From positions 42,485 to 106,484 of the IMG/VR virus record IMGVR_UViG_2910013374_000001: 64,000 bases of DNA; one strand, written 5' to 3'. Position 1 is the stretch's first letter; every line of letters begins with the position of its first letter. Below, piece by piece: positions 17,788 through 27,024 of this stretch. The position numbers and the translations under genes were made by a program. Source of the DNA: a virus (taxonomy: Duplodnaviria; Caudoviricetes). The notes beneath the pieces were generated by a model. It searched no databases. It was given only the letters and a program-made list of their open reading frames with translations, and had not been told where the DNA came from.

Positions 17788-20700
17788 ATGTCAGGTGGAC
17801 TTGGAGAAGTCAAGGTATCGCTAGGACTTGACACGTCCAAGGCCAAAGGCCAGATGGCGGAGTTCTTCTCCGGCATTGGAAAGAACCCTGTTCAGAATCC
17901 TTTTAAGGGCCTCGACGAAAGCCTCAAGAAAACAGGCCAGGCCGCTAAGACACTTACAGATCAATTCAAGCCCTTACAAAAGAGTGATCTCCTCAAGGGC
18001 ATCACAACTTCAACCAAGCAGGCCAAGACAGATCTCGACAGCCTGGGAACCGCGGGCAAGACCCTCAAGACAACGCTCCAAGGCTTAGGGCAAGGCGGAA
18101 ATGGACTCAAGACTCTTGGCACTGACGCCAAGACGGCCTACGGCTCCGTTCAGAATCTCTCTACAGGCGCGAAGACTCTCGGGGCTGCAATCACAGGCCT
18201 GAATAGGGCCAAGCCCCTGCCTGGGATGAAGGCGACGCTGGACCAGATCAATGGCACAGCAAGAACAACCACCACAACCTTCGGGACGCTCAAGACTGCG
18301 CTCAACAATGCAGGGCAAGGCGGCAAGTCGCTGACCCAGTTGCCCACAGGGCTCAACGCCGTCAAGACAGCGCTTCAGGGTGTCAAGAATTCAACGACCG
18401 GTGTCGGCACCGAATTCACGAAGTCCAAGACCGTTGGTGAGGGATTCCTCGACTCAATCAGGAACGGCTTCAAGAATCTGGCGACTGGCATTCCTCAGGG
18501 CATCGGCCTCGCACTCGGCAACGCGATCCTGCAGCCCCTGAAAAACATCGCTGGCGTTATTCCTGCAGCGGTTGAAGAGTTCAGAGCGCTTGATGAGCAG
18601 CTCCGCTTAACCCTTGAAATTTCTGGCGCAGGTGCTTCGAAGTTTGGTGAGCTGCAGCAAGCAGTTCTGGACGTTTCGAGTCAGTTCGCAGCGACGGCTG
18701 TCGAGGTCGCAAAGGTTCAGCAGTCCTTGGCTCGCGCTGGATTCTCGCTCGATGAAATCAAGCAGGCGACCACCGGGGTCATCCAAGGCGCAGAAGCAAC
18801 TGGCACCAGTTACGAGCGAATGGGCGACATCGTCGTCTCAGCTCTTGGTGCATTTGGTCTTGCTGCAAGTGACTCGACTGACGTTGTTGACACCCTGACG
18901 GTCGCAGCCAACAGCTCCAACCAGTCAGTCAATGACTTGGGAGAGGCGATCAAATACGTCGGCCCGATCGCGGCATCGACAGGTCAGTCATTGCAAGACG
19001 TTTCCCTGGCCCTCGAACTGCTAGCCAACAACGGCATCAGGGGTTCACAGGCAGGCACCAGCTTCCGCACGATTCTGACCAACCTCCAGATCGCAGCATC
19101 AGGCGCGGGCGAGGAGTTCATGGGCCTGACTCGAGGCTCCACGCGACTGGCCAAAACCCTGAAGGTGATCGGCGCTGACATGACCGACGCCAATGGCGAA
19201 CTTCTAACGGGTCGCGACTTGATCGAGGAGCTGCAGCGCTCCATGGAAGGTCTGTCGTCTGGAGAGAAGGCGCTGGTCTCCAAAGCGCTTGCCGGCGCTG
19301 AAGGGCTGCCCGCAATGAACTCCCTGATCAACGCCAGTACAGAGCAGATCGACAAGTTGGCCGAAGGTCTTGAGAACAGGGCAGGCAAAGCAGCTGAGCA
19401 GGCGGAGAACGCACTGGCCGGTCTGTCTGGTTCGTTCAAAGTCCTCGAGTCGAATGTCTCGGCCGCCCTGGTTCAGATCGGCGCGATCATCGCGACAGCA
19501 CTGAAGCCGCTGATCGATGCGGCCACTGCAGTCCTGGCAGCTCTGAATGGGCTCCCCGGTCCGATCAAGAACCTCCTCACCACCCTCGCTCTGCTCGGTA
19601 CTGCCATCGGCGCGACTGTGGTGGCGCTCAATCTCCTCAAAGGCACCAAGGTCTCGGGCTTCTTCCTGGAAGCGGCTGCCGGTGTCAAGAAATGGGCCGC
19701 ATCGATTGCCACAGCAAACATCGGAGGGACTCTCACGACCTGGGTGAGCTCGCTCGCTGTTTTTGGGAAGAAGGTCAAGGCCACACTCATCTTGGGCCTC
19801 ACCAATGCGACCAAGAGCCTGAACGACTTCAGGAAAACGCTCTCGAGCATCAAGGTCGGGAACATCCTGAACAACCTCACCGAGGGCTTCTCGAACTTCT
19901 TCAAGGTCGCCACTAAGAAGGGCATCCCTGCGGCGATGAACGGCCTCAAGGTCGGAGCAAACGGAGCTTTGGGTGCGCTTAAGGGTCTCTTGCCTGCGAT
20001 CGGAGGCTTTGTAACCGCTGCGGCTCCGTTTATCGCAATCGGTGCAGGCATTGTTGCCACATGGGTCGCCATTCAACGCCGTTGGGAAGCAGCCAAGGCC
20101 GTTGCAGATCCGCTGGCGGATTCACAGTCATCGCTTGACGATGCACTTCGCAAGGCGGGAGAAGGCGGAGAAGTCGCCGCCGAGGGCTACACCGGATGGG
20201 GCAAAGCCATCGAGGACGCACTTGGTCCGCTCGATCGCTTACTAAGTATTGCCAGCCCCCTATACAACGGCATCAAGCTCGTCGCCGAGGTTCTCGGCAA
20301 GGTCGACAACTGGAGCCGCAACAACGCCGCTGTCCAGCAGGTCAACGACGAGTATGCGAAGTTCCAGAAGTCGATGGATGCGACCAATCGGAAGATCAGC
20401 GAGAACCGCGATGCGATGTCACGACTCAACCCGGAGTCGGAAGAGTTCGGGCGGCTGGCAACTGAGAACGCTGAACTGATCAAGGCTGAGAAGAATGCCG
20501 TTCAGGACCGCATCAAAGCGATCGACAGCACGATCGCAAAACTCAAAGAGAACGAAGGAGCGAACCGCAGAACGATCGATGCCCTCGAGGAGATGAAGGG
20601 CAAGTACCAGGATCAGCTCCCCGTCATCGAGGCGAACGAAGCCTTGCTGCGTGAAGAAAGACAGACCTATGAGGAGCTCAGCGGATCTGTTCAGAACTAC

Positions 20701-23700
20701 ACGCTGAGGCTTGATGAAGCCACCGAAGCAAGAGAGAAATCATTCTCAAAAGCAGATACTCAGGTCATCTACGACGAACTGGAGGCTTACAACGCGCTTA
20801 AGGAAGGCCTGATCAACGAAGCCGAGGAGCGTGCAATCAATGCCAAGGCGGCTCTCAATGCAAGTGACGCCAAGATCAAGGCCGTCAACAACGAGATGAC
20901 GGAGATTCAGGCGGCTTACGACGAAGGCGCGATCTCCCTCGATCAGTACGAAAAGCGGATGGATGCGGCCTATAAGGCCATGGAAGGCCTGACGGAAGGC
21001 CGGATCGAGACTGAAAGGGCAGCAACGGAAGCAATCAGGGCAGCGGTCGAATCGCGCATCGCTGAGTACGAGAGAGAAGCTCAGGGTGTGGCTTCAGCGA
21101 TCCAGAAGATCAACACCGCCATCGGCGAGATTCAGCAGGTTCGTGGGACTGGTATCTCAGCGTTCAAGACCCTGGCTCAGGAGGTCACAAACGCAGAGAT
21201 TGCTGGGATCGATAGGGCGAAGACAGCTCGAGATCAAGCCATCGATAACAACCTGCAGAACCGGCTCAGGGCAATCGAGAAAGCTGGCTACGGAGAGAAG
21301 ACAGCAGCAAGGAAGAAGAGGCAAGCGGAAGCCAATGCCGAGTCCGCACGCATGGACGCCGAGCGCAGCTACGTCAACGAGCGCAGGAACATCATGCAGA
21401 AACAGATCGACTTCGAGAAGAAAGCACTCGAAGCTCAGATCGCTCTCAAGAAGGTCGAGCTCGAACTTTGGTATGAGCAGGCAAGGGTCTCGTCAGAATT
21501 GGCCATTGCGCAGAACGCTGCAGCCCAAGCACGAGCAGAAAACAGCGGTGACAAGAAATTGATCGAGGCCCTCGAGAAGGAGGAAGAGATCTTGAAGAAG
21601 CAGCTCGGTCAGCTGGACCAGATGAAGAAGCTGAAGGGCGCGGTCCTGAAGGTCGAAGAAGACATCGGCAAACAGCAGATCTCAACCAAGGCCAGCGCTG
21701 AGGGTGTCGCCTCTGGTTACGGCACCGTCGTCACGAGTATCGAGTCGGTCAGCAGCGCTCTCGATGGCTTCCTGGGCGAGACGCAGCAGCTCGAGAAGTC
21801 CTGGGAGCCGCTGAAGAAAGGATTGGGCGAGATCCCCATGGACGTGAAACAACGCGTCGAAGAATCCAAACGGATCATCGAACAAGGCTTTGGCGAAGTT
21901 TCCTTCGAAGGACTCAAGCAGTCCTTGCTGGATCGTGGCTTTACCCCTGCTATTGCCGAACAGACCGCCAAGAGACTCACGAGCGCTTTCGAAACCGAGT
22001 CCGTACTGGCTGGTGACATTGCTGCCAAAAACATCCTCGATCGTTTTGGCGATGCGATCCCAAAGGATCTGATCAAAGATCAACTCATCAACGCTTTCGT
22101 CGATGGCGCAAACGTCTCACTCGCAGAAGCTGAGCGTCGCTTCTCCGAGCTACCCAACAAGCTTTCTGCCGAGAAGGCAGCCCGGACTCTGGCCCTCGCT
22201 CTCGAAGGGGGTGTCAACGCGGGCTACGCGGCTCTAGCGAACACACCACTCCCTCCTGGTCTGTTCAGCGGTGCAGGCGAGAAGCTCACAACAGAGATCA
22301 ACTATGCAACGGAAACGGCCAAGCCCGCGCTTGAAGGACTCGGCCAAGTAGGTCGGGCCAGCCTCGACCAGATGACGCTGGGCCTGGGATCCTCCTCCAT
22401 CGAAATTGCAGAGTTCGCTCTCACCTCTGGCCAGCAGATCGCGCAAGGTTTCTCCGAGGGGAGCCGCGAAGGCTTCAACGCCATCGGAGAGGTGGCTAAG
22501 GACGGCCTTTCAACCATCCCGACCTTCTTCAACAACAACATCGTCAGTGACATGAGCCAGGGTTTCATCACCCTTGCTGACAACTTCTCCGGCTTCTCTC
22601 AAGGGGCTGGCCAATCACTGAATCAGTCACTGGCGGAAGGCCTTGACGAGGCAGCAACAGTTGCAGCCCCGAGATTCGTTCAGAGCATTGGCGACGTGAT
22701 CATCCCAGGCATGGGCACCATCACAGCAGCTCTGACCAATGATTTTGGGGAGGCTGGAAAAATTGCCGGTCAAATCTTCGGTGAAGAAAACACCACCGCT
22801 TTCTTGCAAAAAGCAGAGGGAATCAAGAACGGACTGATCGAGTACTTCACCGGCGGGGACCTGGACACTGTGATCAGCGGAGCGGGTGAGACCAATGGCT
22901 TCAACTTTGCCAATGGCTTCACTCAGGAATCGATCCCAGTGATCAACGAGTTCGCCAGTACCGTCGGCGAACGATTCGGGAATCTGATCCCCAAGGAGGC
23001 CATCATTGGCAACCTGCGCTTTGCCTTAGAAGACGGCACTTTCCAGGGCACTGAGCGGGCCAACGAGATCATCGCCGGTTTGCCTGACGCGATCCCCAGG
23101 GAAGAGGTCGCCAGAATTTTGGGAACAGGCTTCGAAGAAGGAGCGGCTGTAGGCGAAGACTTCCTCAACAACATCAAGCTCGAAGGCGACACGATCGAAG
23201 AGATCGAGAGAGACCTTGCGTCCGGACTTGAGGGAGGTGCCGAAGACGGCGCCAAGAAGATCACCGAGAAGATTGATGAGACCAAAGATCCCGCTGCAGA
23301 AAAGATCGCCGACGCCATTGGCAGCGGATTCTCCGAGGGAGCTCAGAAAGGTGGAGAGGAAGTGATCAAGTGGTCGGAAGATGCTGGCGTGAAGATCGGG
23401 GACAACCTGTCCAAGGGCGCTGAGGGTGCTTCCGAAAAAATCGTCAAAGCTTTCGACAACGAGTTCAAAGTCCTCAAAGAGGACATTGCCAACCTTGGGG
23501 ATGAGATCGATGTCCAGAAAATCGAGAAGGCGATCAACAAGGGACTCAGCGAACCGATCAAGAAAGCCTCTGAGGAAATGGGCAACATCCGCCTTCCTGA
23601 AGGCTTTGCCGCCACGTTGACAGAAGCGGGAGAGGGCGCCAAGTCGATCGCCCAATCCAACTTCGCTCAGGAGCTACGCGGAGCAGCGAACGCAGCCAGG

Positions 23701-24252
23701 CCACTGGCAAGCAACACCAGGCCCCTGTCATCGAATATCAGGAGAGCGGTCGGCCCTGCCAACTCATTGGCCCGCGCTCTGGAACGTGCCGCACGTGCCG
23801 CAGCAAGAGCAGCCGCCGCAAGATTCGCCGGTGGCCCTGTTGAAGGCGGTCAGACCTACACGGTCAACGAGCTCGGGAAAGAGATGTTCATGTCCAAGTC
23901 AGGCAGCCTCTCGGAGATCAAGGCTCCCGCATTCGGAGACTGGCGAGCACCATCGAGCGGAACTGTTATCCCTGCAGGTATCGCCCAACAGATCCGCGAC
24001 AACCGTGAAGCACAGTCAGCCGCTCAACAGATCCAATCTGTCCAGGGCGCAGTTTCTCCACGCTTGTCCGGCGAGGGCGGTGGCGGCAGCGACATGTCCA
24101 ACGCAATCCTCAAGGGCCTCAAGGGTCTGGGCGGTGGCACCAATCAGCAGGTGACCAACAACGTCCAGATCACCAGCCAGGCTCCGGTCAACGATGCCTC
24201 TCGCATTCTCACTGACCTGGCTCGACTCAGGAGCCAACGACGACGACGCTGA
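17788..24252 (+). CDS. Tail tape measure protein (TP901-type core), 2154 aa
   Basis: LARAGF...LGEAIKYVGP...GIRGSQAGTSFR core; C-terminal GGPV...YTVNELGKE. Confidence 0.93.
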   Translation: MSGGLGEVKVSLGLDTSKAKGQMAEFFSGIGKNPVQNPFKGLDESLKKTGQAAKTLTDQFKPLQKSDLLKGITTSTKQAKTDLDSLGTAGKTLKTTLQGLGQGGNGLKTLGTDAKTAYGSVQNLSTGAKTLGAAITGLNRAKPLPGMKATLDQINGTARTTTTTFGTLKTALNNAGQGGKSLTQLPTGLNAVKTALQGVKNSTTGVGTEFTKSKTVGEGFLDSIRNGFKNLATGIPQGIGLALGNAILQPLKNIAGVIPAAVEEFRALDEQLRLTLEISGAGASKFGELQQAVLDVSSQFAATAVEVAKVQQSLARAGFSLDEIKQATTGVIQGAEATGTSYERMGDIVVSALGAFGLAASDSTDVVDTLTVAANSSNQSVNDLGEAIKYVGPIAASTGQSLQDVSLALELLANNGIRGSQAGTSFRTILTNLQIAASGAGEEFMGLTRGSTRLAKTLKVIGADMTDANGELLTGRDLIEELQRSMEGLSSGEKALVSKALAGAEGLPAMNSLINASTEQIDKLAEGLENRAGKAAEQAENALAGLSGSFKVLESNVSAALVQIGAIIATALKPLIDAATAVLAALNGLPGPIKNLLTTLALLGTAIGATVVALNLLKGTKVSGFFLEAAAGVKKWAASIATANIGGTLTTWVSSLAVFGKKVKATLILGLTNATKSLNDFRKTLSSIKVGNILNNLTEGFSNFFKVATKKGIPAAMNGLKVGANGALGALKGLLPAIGGFVTAAAPFIAIGAGIVATWVAIQRRWEAAKAVADPLADSQSSLDDALRKAGEGGEVAAEGYTGWGKAIEDALGPLDRLLSIASPLYNGIKLVAEVLGKVDNWSRNNAAVQQVNDEYAKFQKSMDATNRKISENRDAMSRLNPESEEFGRLATENAELIKAEKNAVQDRIKAIDSTIAKLKENEGANRRTIDALEEMKGKYQDQLPVIEANEALLREERQTYEELSGSVQNYTLRLDEATEAREKSFSKADTQVIYDELEAYNALKEGLINEAEERAINAKAALNASDAKIKAVNNEMTEIQAAYDEGAISLDQYEKRMDAAYKAMEGLTEGRIETERAATEAIRAAVESRIAEYEREAQGVASAIQKINTAIGEIQQVRGTGISAFKTLAQEVTNAEIAGIDRAKTARDQAIDNNLQNRLRAIEKAGYGEKTAARKKRQAEANAESARMDAERSYVNERRNIMQKQIDFEKKALEAQIALKKVELELWYEQARVSSELAIAQNAAAQARAENSGDKKLIEALEKEEEILKKQLGQLDQMKKLKGAVLKVEEDIGKQQISTKASAEGVASGYGTVVTSIESVSSALDGFLGETQQLEKSWEPLKKGLGEIPMDVKQRVEESKRIIEQGFGEVSFEGLKQSLLDRGFTPAIAEQTAKRLTSAFETESVLAGDIAAKNILDRFGDAIPKDLIKDQLINAFVDGANVSLAEAERRFSELPNKLSAEKAARTLALALEGGVNAGYAALANTPLPPGLFSGAGEKLTTEINYATETAKPALEGLGQVGRASLDQMTLGLGSSSIEIAEFALTSGQQIAQGFSEGSREGFNAIGEVAKDGLSTIPTFFNNNIVSDMSQGFITLADNFSGFSQGAGQSLNQSLAEGLDEAATVAAPRFVQSIGDVIIPGMGTITAALTNDFGEAGKIAGQIFGEENTTAFLQKAEGIKNGLIEYFTGGDLDTVISGAGETNGFNFANGFTQESIPVINEFASTVGERFGNLIPKEAIIGNLRFALEDGTFQGTERANEIIAGLPDAIPREEVARILGTGFEEGAAVGEDFLNNIKLEGDTIEEIERDLASGLEGGAEDGAKKITEKIDETKDPAAEKIADAIGSGFSEGAQKGGEEVIKWSEDAGVKIGDNLSKGAEGASEKIVKAFDNEFKVLKEDIANLGDEIDVQKIEKAINKGLSEPIKKASEEMGNIRLPEGFAATLTEAGEGAKSIAQSNFAQELRGAANAARPLASNTRPLSSNIRRAVGPANSLARALERAARAAARAAAARFAGGPVEGGQTYTVNELGKEMFMSKSGSLSEIKAPAFGDWRAPSSGTVIPAGIAQQIRDNREAQSAAQQIQSVQGAVSPRLSGEGGGGSDMSNAILKGLKGLGGGTNQQVTNNVQITSQAPVNDASRILTDLARLRSQRRRR

Positions 24253-24253
24253 T

Positions 24254-24312
24254 CGAGGTCCTCTCAAAGACAAGATCTGCGCTCATATATGTATCGCCCG
24301 CAGAGCCAAGGG
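24254..24312 (-). repeat. Dispersed 59-bp element, copy 3 (inverted)
   Basis: CGAGGTCCTCTCAAAGACAAGATCTGC-N22-GAGCCAAGGG on + strand. Confidence 0.9.
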
Positions 24313-24347
24313 CTCCGGAACCCTGAACCGACGTGATCGACGGTTCT

Positions 24348-24767
24348 GTGGCCTGTATCCAACACCCTGGCATCACCGTCACATTCACCGACGGAACCAC
24401 TCTGTACAAGGTTCAGATCGACAAGTTCACTGCTGAGCCCAGGCAATTCGTTGAGGCCGGCCAACTGACATTCAGTACGTCGGGAACTGCAACCCAGTCA
24501 GGCAGCAGCCGTGCGAACCGGATGACATGGGCGATCAGCGCCTTCGCAAGCGTCGAGACCTGTTTCAGTCTTGATGAGCTTTATCGCGCCTGGGATGCAG
24601 CAAGAGCTTCAGGCCTGACAGCTGTGGTTGCGATCACCGATCAGACCCGCGTCCGAGACCCGATCAATTCCCCCATTACTGCTTCTGCTGTTTTTACTGC
24701 TCCTCCTGTCTTCGAGCGCCGTTCAGGTGTCACGGACTTGCTGAGCTTCGGACTGACGGAGATCTGA
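24348..24767 (+). CDS. Putative distal tail protein
   Basis: Immediately after tape measure; GTG 24348 is 32 nt after CGGAACCCT (alternative start 24333). Confidence 0.55.
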   Translation: MACIQHPGITVTFTDGTTLYKVQIDKFTAEPRQFVEAGQLTFSTSGTATQSGSSRANRMTWAISAFASVETCFSLDELYRAWDAARASGLTAVVAITDQTRVRDPINSPITASAVFTAPPVFERRSGVTDLLSFGLTEI

Positions 24768-24770
24768 TTC

Positions 24771-26987
24771 ATGGCATGGCTTAACAACACAGCGGTCCGC
24801 TGCACGGTCTCCATCAACGGCGCGGACTACAGCGACGAGTTCACCGGCGGTTCTCTGTCGGATTCGAGTGTTGTCCAAGGAGGATTCGTCACGACGGGCG
24901 GGAGCCTCACCTTTCAAGACTTACCCGGATTCAGCCGCCTAGAGGACTACGACGACACGAAGTTTGGTCGTGGAGGCATTGTCACGATCGACCTGCAAAC
25001 CGCAGGTTCTGAGATGCGCCGCCATCCTCGCGGTCACCTTCGCGTGATCACGGCCACCTATTCGCCAGAGACACGTTCGATGACTGTCGAGGTGGGTTGC
25101 CTGCTCACATTGCACAACTTGACGAATGACATCACCAACCTGAAATACCTGACGGTCTTCGACTTGCCAAACGAGGCGGGGATGAGCGATCTCAGTGCCG
25201 CACTGGCTTCTGAATCGAAGTTCGCATGGCAAAAGAGCGACGGCTCGATACAGCTCTCTTCCTTCTTCGGATCTGACGGACTCGGCTCCAATAAATACCC
25301 GGCTAGGTGGGTCAGCGTTCGCGATCAGACGGCCATCGCGTCCCAGCCGCTAGGCGGAGGCAATCCAATCCCAGACCTGATCCGGTGCACCTACACCTGG
25401 GCAACTGTCGAGTCAGACGATGGCGGCGGCGGCGATGGACCAGCTGAGGACATCGATGAAACGGTCTCTGTTTATTGGCTGGAGCACCCCGCTCAACTGA
25501 AGAAGACTCAAAAAATATGCACCACTGACTTGGCTGGGACTAGGACCTGCCGACAGGTCGAAGTCAATGACGGCAAGAAATCCTTCTCAGTCACTAAGAC
25601 CAACAATTCAAGGCGTGTCTACGGAGCACTCGGTGCCTCTTTATCTAGCGAGATCTCAATCACGGAGGGGCCTGCTGTTGAGCTCGCTGGCGGATACTTC
25701 GGCGAGCTCTATGCGTTCAAGCTTGCTCGAGCTAACTACGTTGCGGCCAACGTTCCCCTCGACGGTCTGAACACGGTCGTCCAAGAGAAGAGAGAGAAGA
25801 GCTACGTCTACGGGACCGGTGGCGAAGTACTCAAGACCATTGAGTACACCTACAGGAACTACATCTCGGCGATGACTACGAACGACTGGCGAGCAGGAAC
25901 GTTCGACACTGGCTCTGAGTACGACCCAGAGAACCCCCCGTCGCAGGGCACTCGTGGATTCTTGACTGACATCCCCTCCGACAAGTTGTACTTATCGCAA
26001 AAGGTCACCACTGAGTGGGAGTACTTCGATGACCGCACGATTGAGAAGAAGTCCACCCTCCAATCAAGTGCTCAGTGCAACGGCGTTGGCATCTTCCCAA
26101 CCCAAGGCGAGCGAATCCTTGAGAACATCGATGCGACCAATAACGGAGTCGAAACTTCGCAGACGCGGACCAGTCGTGGAGGCTTGCTAAATCCTGACCA
26201 GCCGCCAAGGAATCCAGGCACAGCTGCGATTTCAACGAAGTCAGAGGTTTATGAGAACGAGTCTGCGAAATACACACCAACGACTGCTGGATCCATCGTC
26301 TTGAACACGAGCGTCCCTTACACGAATTTGGGCGACACAGAATCACAAGCAAGGACTAGAGCTGCCGCCTACACCCAAAACCAGCGCCAGTTACTCGAGG
26401 GCGACGCTGCTGGCATCAGGGTGGCCGAATCGATGCGCGAGGAAATCTTTGACTACTACCCAGGGATGCCTTTCAGCTTCTTCGACCCCACGCTTGAGAA
26501 ACTCATCAAGTTGAGGATGAACGCAACGGGGTGGGCTCTTTCGACCAGTCAAGCGATCTTCTCGACCGACGGAGTGTTCATTGGTGTCTCGAATGGCACG
26601 GTCACTCTTCCCAGCAACGTTGACGCAGTCAGCGCCAACAACGCTTTCGAGGAAGTGCTCTTCAAGAGGAATCAGACGGAAATCGCTGAGGATGCCTTTG
26701 AGGTCGCCGATCAAGCTTGCGACGTTGACCTTGACCTGCTGGCAGCTATCGAAGAGGAGCAGGCAGAACGACTCCTTCCTGACGAGCCCGACCAGATCTT
26801 TGAGGCTCTTGTGATTCAGGTTCCTGAATTTGTCGTGACGACAGGAGCACCTGAGCCGGACGAGATCTTCGTTGTCGACATTCAGAACGATGCGCCACCT
26901 GCCAACAAGACCTACGGAGTGATCAGCGCAGAAGAGTCCTTCGAGGTCATAACCGCGGACACTTTCGAGGTGACAGTTGCCGACTAG
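24771..26987 (+). CDS. Putative baseplate hub/tail-tip protein with C-terminal PDQIFxV-type repeats
   Basis: Position after Dit-like gene; size; repeat tail. Confidence 0.6.
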   Translation: MAWLNNTAVRCTVSINGADYSDEFTGGSLSDSSVVQGGFVTTGGSLTFQDLPGFSRLEDYDDTKFGRGGIVTIDLQTAGSEMRRHPRGHLRVITATYSPETRSMTVEVGCLLTLHNLTNDITNLKYLTVFDLPNEAGMSDLSAALASESKFAWQKSDGSIQLSSFFGSDGLGSNKYPARWVSVRDQTAIASQPLGGGNPIPDLIRCTYTWATVESDDGGGGDGPAEDIDETVSVYWLEHPAQLKKTQKICTTDLAGTRTCRQVEVNDGKKSFSVTKTNNSRRVYGALGASLSSEISITEGPAVELAGGYFGELYAFKLARANYVAANVPLDGLNTVVQEKREKSYVYGTGGEVLKTIEYTYRNYISAMTTNDWRAGTFDTGSEYDPENPPSQGTRGFLTDIPSDKLYLSQKVTTEWEYFDDRTIEKKSTLQSSAQCNGVGIFPTQGERILENIDATNNGVETSQTRTSRGGLLNPDQPPRNPGTAAISTKSEVYENESAKYTPTTAGSIVLNTSVPYTNLGDTESQARTRAAAYTQNQRQLLEGDAAGIRVAESMREEIFDYYPGMPFSFFDPTLEKLIKLRMNATGWALSTSQAIFSTDGVFIGVSNGTVTLPSNVDAVSANNAFEEVLFKRNQTEIAEDAFEVADQACDVDLDLLAAIEEEQAERLLPDEPDQIFEALVIQVPEFVVTTGAPEPDEIFVVDIQNDAPPANKTYGVISAEESFEVITADTFEVTVAD

Positions 26988-27024
26988 GGACTGGGAACCC
27001 TAGCCGTGATGCCAGGCCCCTTGT